NCBI GenBank assembly: GCA_008632985.1
Contig: QPGO01000390.1
Span: 1 to 33,923 of the forward strand
Direction of reading: 5' to 3'
Length of the DNA: 33,923 nt
Source: Psammoneis japonica
Taxonomy: Eukaryota
Every line of letters begins with the position of its first letter. The stretch's first letter is position 1. Under the pieces are notes generated by a model. The model made no database searches and was not told the origin of the DNA. It worked only from the letters and a program-made list of their open reading frames with translations. Positions 10,812 through 21,228 of this stretch are shown here, piece by piece. A program made the translations under genes and the position numbers.

Positions 10812-11149
10812 GTCCTTACCCCTTATCATCTCAACAAAAACCGGACATTTGTTTGAAGATTTACTTATGCGTGGATGTCAGTGCAATGGTTTGTAGAGCT
10901 TCTCCATTCAACGACGGTTGTTCAGCAAGCAAAGACGGCTCTCATCCGCTAAGCCAAGCTCACGCAAACTTGCTGCATACAAAGTGGGCATCGCTTATCT
11001 TATTTCCGCTGATACGACAGCAAAACAAAAGGACATGCACTCAACATGCTCTATGGAACAACAAAAGGAAATCTAAAGCTAAAATGCATACTCTCTTCGC
11101 CCAGACCGTCAACGGCGCAACAAACATTTCTCCGTCTCGGTTAGTTGAT

Positions 11150-14100
11150 TCATACCGGGCTGTCTTCTTCATTAGAGGACGTATCCGACAACGTAGTCGC
11201 CGACGACTGGATTTTAGGAGGGATGCGAAGGACTGCACACATGGGTCCAGATTCCTCTTCCAACATATCAGCACCAACCGATACCCAAGTTCCCTCATGA
11301 ATCAAACCCGAAACACGCGATGGACCAAAAATCATCTCTTGGTACACAACTGCATGACCCGTCAGAAAAGCCTCATCTACGATGGTCTTGTCTCTGATTG
11401 TAAGGTACGGCGTGTCGTACATGCGGAGTCCAATGTAAAGCAGGCGACCTTCAATGGTTGCTCCCAAGAAGCGTGCCACAGCGTTAAAAAGAGGGGTGCC
11501 ATTGCAAACACTCAAAAAGGACCACGTTTGCGAAGCGAATGCGTAGGTCATATAGACAGCTTTCAAAGGAGATGCCGGCCCAACCTTCCAGCCTTTTGCC
11601 TTTCCAAAAGCAAGAAAGCGCAAAACATTTAGGATGCACATCCACACACCAGTTTGAATCACAAGGACGGCAGCAAGGACAGGTACTGCAACGTAGACAT
11701 TTCTCGGTTTAAAGACTTTCGACCAGAGCTCGTACACTGGGATAAGACTCGCAAAAACCACTCCAAGCATGACTGCATACATGGAGAGGACAACCGCTTG
11801 CATTCGAAATCCACTGGATTTTGAATACAATGACGCTCGTTCGTCGAGCTGCTTCTGCGAGATACTGGCAGTGACATGCGTCATGGGTGCAATAATCTTA
11901 CGCTCTATGGTCACGCCAGTTTCCACATGCGCCTTGAAGGCAATGCTTGAATCTACCACCTTTGTCTGTTGAAGCATCCCGTCTTTCTCGACGTCAAATG
12001 AAACCATTGAGATAAACGAGCTCTTCACACTCACCAAGTCCACAGTGGAAGGAAGAAAATTACCAACTTCGACTGCGGAATTCATATCAATATCCATACC
12101 CATGAGCTTCAGGATTAAATTCCAGAGGAGCGAGGAGTGACTGGTAAGAGATAAAAGTAGAGGGATCATCGTCTGATGGTGGTAGTCCGCTGCCCACAGA
12201 GCGAACCTCCTCATCAAATTTGTTCTCTTTGGACCGGGGCGACGTTTGCCCACAAGAAGCCATTTGAGAAGAATGCTCTCGACAACGAGCAATACGCCAG
12301 CAGTGGCAATATACAAGAACCGATAAGTTAGTGGGGCGTAACGCCAATCTTGCGGAAGGCGGTCAGAGTAAAGCATTTGGCCAACAAGAAGCAATGCGAA
12401 GAAATTGTATATCTCCATCACAAACCATACAAACTTGAGAACTTCGAACTTCCATGAAAACGAATAAGTGGATTCTACAGCAAGACCGGAGTGAAAAGCA
12501 GGACTTCCCTCCGCATGAGTAAAGGGTGGTACAAATGCACCCTCCGCGACAGCGGCGCATCTTTCAACACGTGCCCCGTCACCAACAGAAGCTCCCGGAC
12601 CCACAAGTCCGAGAATGGCACAGTCTCTGCCAATATAGGTGGGACGGAAACGAAGAACAAGGTTCTCGTCGCTGTTCCAAATACCGAATCTCCTGCATCG
12701 GATTTGGTTTCCGACCTCAGAGTTGGCGCCAACGTTGACCAAATCAAACTCGCGGATGAATGAGTTGATTTTGATGGAGCGGTGGAGTTTTGCGCCAAGA
12801 AGGCGGTAGAAGAGCCATAGAACAAATGAATCTTGTAAGAAGCGCCCAACCCAAAACTCCCACAACGCGACATATCGATCAACGAACCACCAGCGATAGT
12901 ACGCGAGTGACATGACGCGCATCTCGCATTCCTTGTAGCGACCAATAACGAGCCACTTTGCGCAAACCACGGTAAGTGTGAATGAAAGCATGAAGCAAGG
13001 AACGGTGACTGGAAGCCACATCCATACTAACCAACGAGATCCAAACTCGAACATGATGTCAGTGTCATCGTTTGAAAGCCACTGGTACATGTGCCAAGCT
13101 GGAATGATCGATACAGAAAACATCAGCAGGAGCAAGGCAACTCCAATCGTCTGAAGGATGCCCATGATAGTCCACGACAGTTTGGTGGACAACATGCATG
13201 GGAGCTCAGGTAGCTGGGTCACGAATGGGGTCCCGCTGTTATCATGCACAAACGATCTAAGCATCGACGGCGTTCTATATACCTCAAAGCAATGAGCGGG
13301 CAAGGCCACATGGAAGGAGTCGCTTATGGCGTCACTAAGCTGAATTGACAACAAGGATGATAACCCCAGAGTTTCCCAATCATCTTCATCCCCAAATCCT
13401 TCTCCAACGACCGATGCGACAACGGAATCAAAATTGGGAGGCTCAGCCTTCTCTTCGGCGGCACTAGTTGGCATTGGTAAAGGTAGGCCATCCGCCTGCG
13501 ACTTTGAAGCCTCCCAATGCTCAAGGATGCTTTTACGTGACCAGCTGTTACTGATGCTCCTTTTCCTCGTCTCGACACGACGAAGTTTTCCGCTCGTGGT
13601 TTTTGGGACAGAGGACTGTCTGAGGATATATATGCACTCAATATCAACATCGTGGACATCACGAACAAGACTCCGCACGATGGTTGGCGTAAGCGCTGCC
13701 ATGGATTTGTCGACGCGCGCGGTGTCTCGAATCTCCAAAACGATCCCAGCCGTAGTAGACGACCATTGAAAAGCAACCGAAGACCCAGGTCGAACAATTG
13801 AAGGATACTCATTGTCCAAAGTGCGCTCAAGATCCGTAGGATAGATGTTTTTTCCGTTGACGATTATGAGCTCTTTTCTGCGCCCGCAAACATACAAAAG
13901 GCCATCGACAATCCGACCAATGTCTCCTGTTTTGAAATACTTGCGACCATCAATGACAAGAGCAGAGAAGCTCTGGTTTAGCTCAGGCTTTGCCCAGTAC
14001 CCAGCAGCCAGACTTGGAGAGGCAATGTAAATCTCGCCTTCACGGCCGTCCTCAAAAAACTCCTTGGAATGAGGGTCCACAATAACAAAATGAATCTTAA

Positions 14101-15271
14101 AGGCCAACGAGCGTTGAATCAAACCAACACTCACGCACCCATCAAGGACTCTGACTTCATTCCCATGCGCCGACGCCACATACAGGCAATTCTCAGCCAT
14201 ACCGTAGCTCGTAACGATCGCGGACTTGGGTATTCCAATGTCTTGTATTACCTGAAGCGTCGCTGGGGCGATTGGTTCTGCTCCGATATTTGCATGCAGG
14301 CTCGTAGAGCAATCCATGATTCAATTTTTTGCATTGAGCCTCTTGGCCAGGAGATTGTAGGCAAAGTTCGGAGCGCCGATGTGCGTCCCTTGGAACTGCT
14401 CAATAACATCGGCCCAGAGAAGCGGATTTCGAATGAAGTCTAAAGGCGAGAACGCCACGAGAGAAAAATTTCGATAGACGACCGAGAAGAGAAATCCACC
14501 GATCAGACCAAAGTCATGCACGGCAGGGAGCCAGGATATAATCTGAAAGTAATCACGCTTATGGAATCTGGCATTAGATGCGTCGAACAAACACCCGAGA
14601 TTGTATATGATTGCCCCATGGGTAATAACGACGCCTTTTGGGGCGCTTGTTGATCCCGATGAGTATTGGATGAAGGCGACCTCCTCTGGTAGAGCCTTGT
14701 AGTCAGTGGTCTCTGAATGTGTTTCATTTTTATCCTTCAAGTCAAGATTGTCCGTTGTAAGCCACTTGACTGACGTGGTATTGCCGAGAATAGCAGCGCC
14801 CTTGATGGCTCGCTTGAAGCTTACGGTCGTCAGTGCATATTCAGCCTCGGCGTCGGAGGCTTGTGCGTTGAACTGAGCAAATGAGTGCTTTGATTTGTTC
14901 TTTTGGGGGTTTGGTGGGTACACGCTACAGGGGATCACACCGACTTTGAAACACCCAAAAAGAGCCGCCAAGAAATCGACTCCAGGCAAGTATGCAATCA
15001 TCACCCGAGATCCAGCTTTCAAGCCATAATGCTTCAGCATACGCGCCACTGCATTGGCAGAATTCCACAGCTCACGATAAGTCAAAGTTTCGGCGACTTG
15101 GCACTTGGAGTCGACCCACGTAAGAAATTGATGATGAGGGTCTTCCTTCAAATTTCGATAAAGTATCTCTGGCAACGTAGACCCTTTGACACTCCAAAAT
15201 TGGTCATCGTTTTCGAAATCTGCTGCTGCTGCTTCCTCCTCGCATGCCGCGGTATTTTTGGGACTCCGCAT
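11150..15271 (-). CDS. NRPS-like protein: fatty acyl-AMP ligase + acyl carrier domain + Pls/TIGR02353-type membrane C-terminal region; one in-frame TGA at 14321-14323
   Basis: FIQYSSGSTSAPKGV, SWLPAVHDFGLI, GAEPI, SYGMAEN, TGDIG, GRRKELIIVNGKNIYP, PKTTSGKLRR. Carrier motif LGLSSL. Repeated TM + KWLxxG + LGAK + hexapeptide-like segments. ORFs 14321-15319 and 11150-14317 are in the same frame (NAKN*IMD). Confidence 0.85.
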
Positions 15272-15597
15272 CTCTGCAAAAGGCAAAAGGTTGCCGAACC
15301 TTACAAAATGACTTGTCAAAATTAACCACCGTATTACTTTTATCTTGTGTGATGAGGAGTTCCCTGTTATTCTTTGGCGATAGCTGCAGAGCTAAAAACG
15401 GTAACGCTATCTACTTTATAAGTGTCTGTAGTTGGACATTGAAACTCTTAAAAGTGGAACGCAGTGAAAAGCGAGTGATCGTCTAGATTATGAGCTACTT
15501 TCTCGTGGTGGACTGAAAATGTGGCGAGGAACAAGGAACAAGGAAACCGTTAGCCGATTGGCGATTCATGTGCCAACGGTTAACGGTTTCTTGTGCT

Positions 15598-16212
15598 GGA
15601 ACACTAACGAAAATGTCGCCAAAACGGAAAAATGAGACATTTTGTATTATCTTGCGACAATCAAGAAATAATGCATTCTCGTTAGCTCGGCGCATCCATA
15701 TATACATGCTTTGCTTTTAATTGACTCCGTAGAACAATCATTTATCGCCAGTTTGATGAGACATTTCTGACAATGTCGCCAAAATCGCCAGTGGCACTTA
15801 AGTAACTAGTTTATACAATATTATGCAATATTCATACATGAATAGGTCTTAGCAAAGGAAGACACATGGAGACAACGTGAGACAAAGTGACTTGATCTCA
15901 CTTTGTCTCAAGTTGTCTCACTTTGTCTCACGTTGTCTTCATGTGTCTTCCTTTGCCAAAACTTGTGCATGCATTCATTGCATGGCATGTTGCACAAACT
16001 AGTTGCTTGAGTGCCACTGGCAATTTTGGCAACATTGTCAGAAATGTCTCATCAAACTGGCAACAAATGATTGTTCTGCGGAGTCAATTGAAAGCAAAGC
16101 ATGCACGCAGATCTGCCGAGCTGGCCAGAGAGAATGCGTTGTTTCTTGATTGTCGCAAGATGATGCAAAATGTCTCAGTTTTCCATGTTGGCAACATTTG
16201 TGTCAGTGTTCC
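15598..16212. repeat. ~295-bp inverted repeat (arms 15598-15890 and 15918-16212); foldback/MITE-like or two head-to-head element ends
   Basis: The reverse complement of the left arm aligns end to end with the right arm. Four 10-bp TCTCA(C/A)(T/G)TTG units lie at 15896-15935. Confidence 0.9.
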
Positions 16213-19200
16213 TGACTGTTGGATGACATCAGCTTGAATGAGCTCTGCTTTTGAGCCACCCAGAAAAGATGGCAAAGACCAGTGGTTGGCTTTTGACAAG
16301 ATGAAGATGAAAGCGGAAAATGGAGCCACGAGATTTTGATGAAGGATTTGTTGTGGGTTAGAGGAAAAGCATGGGTGCAAAAACCTGATGGTGAAAAATA
16401 AAAGAAAAAAGGGGATGGTTTGTTTTGAACCTTGAATTGATTTTTGTGCCAACTCCATTTTGGATTGGGCAGAAGATGGTGGTGTGGCGCATGGATTGTC
16501 GCATCGACAAAGGCTCACAGCCAGGACCAATTGTTGTGCGTGTGCTCATGTGTCAGAAGAGCAGACAACTGGGCTTCGGCAAGTGGATCTTGATGGACAG
16601 CATGAAACTGTGTGCTCACATGACATGAGAACGGCAGGTGGGATGGATTGTGGCTCGGTGCTTCATTTTTGCAATGCTCGGACAGTGAAGACAAGATTTT
16701 CCAATTGTGAGATGACATGCGATCACGTGTTTGTCTGCCGTTGATGGTGGCAAAATTAAATGGTCCATGAAGGAACATGTCTTGATGATGAATGTGTGCC
16801 CATTGGGAGAAGACGGTGAGTCGTTTGTGTCACGTGTGCAGCTGGTTTCATTTGGGGGAGGTTTGAGCAGATGAAAGTTGTTGTGAAGGACAAATTGTCC
16901 ATTGAGCTCATGGCACTCTTTCCAATGTTGCTGATTCAGGGCATCAAATTGCACATCATGTGGGTGCCGTGCGAAAAAGACGACGCAGATTTTACCATCA
17001 GAGAAGGCGTTTGGATTTTCCACCATGGTTCATTTGAGATTCACTTGAACAAGATTCCACTCAGTGCGAGTTGTGCCTGGTGCTCAACATGCCACAAAGA
17101 ACAGTTTGTGCTTGCTCTGGATAATGCGGGCCATGAGCTGATTCAGATTTGGTGCCGAGTTGGCTGGTTGCAGTTGTGCTGTGCTGCAGGCACTCCGATG
17201 TTGAACTGAGGGCCAGTCGAGGCCGTGCTGTCATTTGTGCTTGACACATTGCCTTCGAGCACCTTGATGAATGCTTCATTTGCTGATGTTTTAAGATCAT
17301 CCTTGGTTGCTGGCAAGAATCCTTCTTTGGTGTGCACCCTGTTGAGCTCATCTTTTAGCTCAGCAAGAGCAGGAAAGTGTGCAGCAGATTCAATGCATGC
17401 CATGTTGACTGTTGACAGCAGTGATTGGGATGTTGGCACACTGCTCTTGCAATGGGAGTCAATGCCAGCCTCCAAAAATGGATGCTTCTTTTGATGCCTC
17501 TGTTGATTTGCCCACAAGCATTGTCCGGTCCTGTGTCAGTTGGAAATGGAATGAGTTCTGTGGGGCAGGGGGACACATGATGTGAAGCATGCTTTTTGTT
17601 TTCTGCATTTGTCTTGCAGTGATGGATGCAACAGGAAGCTCCTGGTGGCTTCTCGATGATCTTCCATGGGCCTGCATGGTGACACATGATTGCTGTTGAC
17701 ACACTTGCAATGCATTGCTTGATGTTCTTGGATGAGTGCTCGGAACACCTCCTGGCACTTTGGAAGCAAGTGGCGCAAGCGCTCGGCACAGTTTTTGACT
17801 GATTTTGATGTTGGTTGCAAGTTGACAAAATTGGAGTCCGTGTGGTTGATTGGAAATCGGCGTTCACGTCTGATGGCAACAAGAGATCAACTGATGTCTG
17901 TGCCCACTGCTGGGGCAGAGTTCCATGCACATGCTGAAAGCTGGGTGCCTTCCACAGCTGTGTGGACTGAGTCACGCTCATTGCAGAAAATGCACAAAGC
18001 TTTGTTGAGGAATGAATGGCATTGCTCTGTGAGGATTGGATCGTGATTTCCTCTGGATGCTTGATGCAGATTGAGTTGAAGGAGGTTGATGGCTTGGATG
18101 AACACTCCACAAAATTTTGAATCTTTGTCGATTGCTGTCTTGTGACATGGGCCATGGTTGAGTGGTGCTTTCATGATGGCTTTGCTGAATGACTCCGCAT
18201 TGACTTCACCACAGATTTCTTCTGATGCTGCAAAAGTGCTCATGCCATCGACAACATGCATGCAGCATCTCTCCCCTTGGAAGCCTTGTTGATGTCCGAC
18301 CATGTGTGCATCTGCATGAATTAATTTGAGCAGCTCGTTGATGGGAAAAGAGCACACTGGTTCCGATTTCTGTTGACATCGAGCGTTGGCCAGGGTCCAA
18401 CCTGGGCACTTGTTGATGATGAGGCCAGCAATGTGCTTGCACATGGTCAGCCAAAAGAGTCTCAATCAGATCCTGTGAAAGGTGTGGCAGATGCTGAAGT
18501 GGCTTCCAATGGGATTGGCATGAAATGCAACGAACATGATGTTGTGAAGGGATGATGGTGCGATTCGGAGTTTTGCGAAATTGCTGACTGAGTGGACGGA
18601 TTTACAGATGACAAGCATTTTGCCTTCGACAGTGATGTTGCCTGCTGCTTGCATTGGCTGACAACAGCAGCAATGGATCTTTTGTAACTCATCCTTGTTG
18701 ATCAAGGCCGGGTTGTTGATCATTTGGACCATCAGGTTTATCTCTGGGTTGCAAGAGCACTCCTGGATCCAGGTGTCTCTGCCAGGCAGTCGCGTCATTG
18801 TTGAACCATTGAGAAAGGCTTGCGCAGTGGCTGCAGGAGCGGTTCCCTGTGATGTGTCGATGAGTTCCGTGGATGACAGCCGGGTGTTGGTTGACTTGTC
18901 ATGGACAGCTTGCAGCATGGCATGGCTTGTCTTGCCTGGAATTCCATTGGTCAGTGGGTCAAGCTGTCAAGGATTGGTGCACATTTTATGAGTGATGTTC
19001 CTTTCAAGCCCCCAACAGGAGATGGACTCGTGTGCTGAGATGCAACGGATGGAGTCTTGGATTCCTCATCTTGAAAGAATGTTCCAGAGGCTTGATCAAA
19101 TGGGTTGGAGTTGTGCTGACCGATTGGTGGGGCGGGATGATCCACGTCGTAGATGGCTGTGCCACATGGATTTGATGGTGTCAGTCCTTTTTTGACCAAG

Positions 19201-19800
19201 CAACTGATGACTGGGGCGTCCAACTGCTTGGGTGGCTGATTGGGCTCCACCTTGTTGAACACACATCTGTCTTCCTCAACCTCTTTGGTTGCAAGGGCTG
19301 AGGTGAGCACGCGGCTCAAGGAAGTGGTCAATCCCGCCCACTTGTGACTCAGTGCTTTCCCACGGTGAAAATTGCGCAGGAATCCAACGATGACAAAAAC
19401 GGTCAGATGACTTCCGATGACAACAACATCAACTGCATGTAACTTTCATTCTTTGCTTGTCAATGAATGTGTTGGCAACTTGAAGTATTGCGTGCAATTG
19501 CTTCCCTGAACTGTGATGGCAGCTCCTGAACCATTTGAATTGTTCTGCTCAAAGATGCTTGCGTGTCGCCAAGCCAAGACAGTGTCACTTCAATGCTTGG
19601 GCGGGATGCATCCTCATGCCATGACCATCATGTCAGCTCAATCGTGGTGTCCCTTGGCTCCCTCAAGCGACTCGATTCTGATCCAAATTATGAACGCAAA
19701 GCTGCACATGACTGCCACATTTGGATCTGTCTCTGCTCTCTAACATGTGCTGCAGAGCCACCAGAGAGGTGGAGGCCCTGCAGCAGATGCTGCATCTCCT
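15900..19800. other. TpA-depleted hypermutated domain 2
   Basis: Abrupt loss of TA from ~15900, with TG/CA excess; TA returns at ~19820. Confidence 0.9.
16515..19331 (-). mobile_element. Degenerate Ty3/gypsy-like LTR-retrotransposon pol 3' part (H2C2 zinc finger + integrase core + C-terminal region)
   Basis: FHANPIGSH...TFHRI*LRLFW...KCPG zinc-finger region; IHADA, VVDGMSTFA, IDKDSKF, EQCHSFLNK, AWNSAP core. Many stops and frameshifts; no RT or LTR pair identified. Confidence 0.7.
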
Positions 19801-20208
19801 GCCTCCGGTCGTTCCGCCTCTCTCTACTCTATTGTGCGTCCAGTAGACCTCCGAGCGATAACCATAGTCTACTCTCTCTCTCTAGCTACTAGGCCCCACC
19901 GAGAGGCTAAAATAAAGACAATGCGTTGGCATGCATTGGATCGCAGATCTATCTGTCTGTTCTCGCTCGTCGGTTCTGAACATTAAAAACTCTTCGTCAC
20001 CGATTACCTGAAATGAAATTTCAAAAAAGAGACCCGGAAGATCGCGTTTTTTGACGCGATTGTTCGACGGATCTTTTGTGTCATCGCTCATCATCGGCTG
20101 TCCGCTGATGATTGCCAATAAAATTGCGGGGACAACAACAAACTATCCTACGACAACACTAGAGCTATTGAACCGAACCGTATCTCATTGCTAACTGCCT
20201 ATCAGAAC

Positions 20209-20823
20209 ATGTGTATCTCTCAACTTTTGATTCTCACCGCGTGCGCTGCAACGACTTTTGCGTTTGTCGTCAAAGCACCAACGACGACCAGAAGTTTTTC
20301 TCCGCGCATCAGCCGCTCAGCCATTCGTTACCAGCACAAGCACTTGTCGGAAGTCGATGAAATGTGTGTCGAGAATGCTGCAGCGTACTGCCTCGAAAAC
20401 GACCTATCCGTAGACTGTGACTTGGAGGAGCACGATGCCTTGGTGCGCACACTTGAGGATCAGCGCGAATACCATCGAGAAGAGGTGCAAACCATCAATT
20501 CGCTCTTGTTCAAGCTTGGCCAGCGAGAATCAGAAGATGTCAATCACATTAAGCGAGGTTCCATTAGCCATCCCATTCGTCATCATCATTTGGATGAAAT
20601 TGACGAAATGTGCATTGAAAATGCGGCTCGCTATTGCTTGGAGGCCGACGCCGCTGCTTCTACGGAATGCGATTTGACCGAGATTGAGGCTTTGATCACG
20701 ACCCTTCAAGAGCAGGATGAATTCCACCTAGAACAGTTGGAGACTATCAATGATCTGCTTGGGAAGCTTGAAGCACCTCCTGGATACCTTGGCCCTTATG
20801 ATTACTCTTCCGTAGAGGCTTAA
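20209..20823 (+). CDS. Unknown small protein with signal peptide and transit-like region (probably plastid) and two Cys-containing repeats
   Basis: MCISQLLILTACAATTFA-FVVKAPTTTRS resembles the ASAFAP bipartite signal. Two copies of HLxExDEMCxENAAxYCLE...CDLxExxALxxTLxxQxExHxExxxTINxLLxKL. Confidence 0.75.
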   Translation: MCISQLLILTACAATTFAFVVKAPTTTRSFSPRISRSAIRYQHKHLSEVDEMCVENAAAYCLENDLSVDCDLEEHDALVRTLEDQREYHREEVQTINSLLFKLGQRESEDVNHIKRGSISHPIRHHHLDEIDEMCIENAARYCLEADAAASTECDLTEIEALITTLQEQDEFHLEQLETINDLLGKLEAPPGYLGPYDYSSVEA

Positions 20824-20837
20824 GATTGAAGATACTA

Positions 20838-21029
20838 TACCGCGTTGCCCAATTATTGTAGCTACCATCACCTAGATTGGATGAGCTATAAGCTACAGAA
20901 AAAGAAACCTAGAGAGTGCGAACTGCTATACTACCTGTACTGCTTACCGCGTTGCCCAATTATTGTAGCTACCGTCGCCTAGATCGGATGGGTTCTACTC
21001 TAGAAGCTACAGAAAAAAGAAATCTAGAG
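20838..21029. repeat. Imperfect ~80-bp direct duplication (20838-20914 / 20945-21029) between convergent genes
   Basis: TACCGCGTTGCCCAATTATTGTAGCTACC...AAGCTACAGAAAAAGAAA(C/T)CTAGAG occurs twice. Confidence 0.85.
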
Positions 21030-21228
21030 TAGAACGCGGGTATAGAACGTGCGATCTGCTTCGCACTTTTGGTTTCTCCGGAGTCTGAAGTGTGATGAGG
21101 TATCGGTTGACCCGGGATGGCTCACACTGTTGGTCCGGCAAGCCCTCTCTCGTTTGTCTATTGAATCAGGGCCTATCAAAATATTACTCCTAGAGACTAT
21201 TTTAAAACAGTGGTCAATTTCCACCCTC

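Noticed and set aside
15598..15890. Classical RIP (CA->TA) acting on the TA-rich left arm
   Set aside because: The left arm keeps many CA/TG and more CpG than the right arm. Conserved Tyr motifs in the transposon proteins show TA is the ancestral state.
5910..19331. ADAR-type RNA editing or RT error as the source of A->G changes
   Set aside because: Changes are on both strands of the same ORF, affect a DNA transposon and a non-coding inverted repeat, differ between the two terminal repeats, and TAG contexts preferentially survive.
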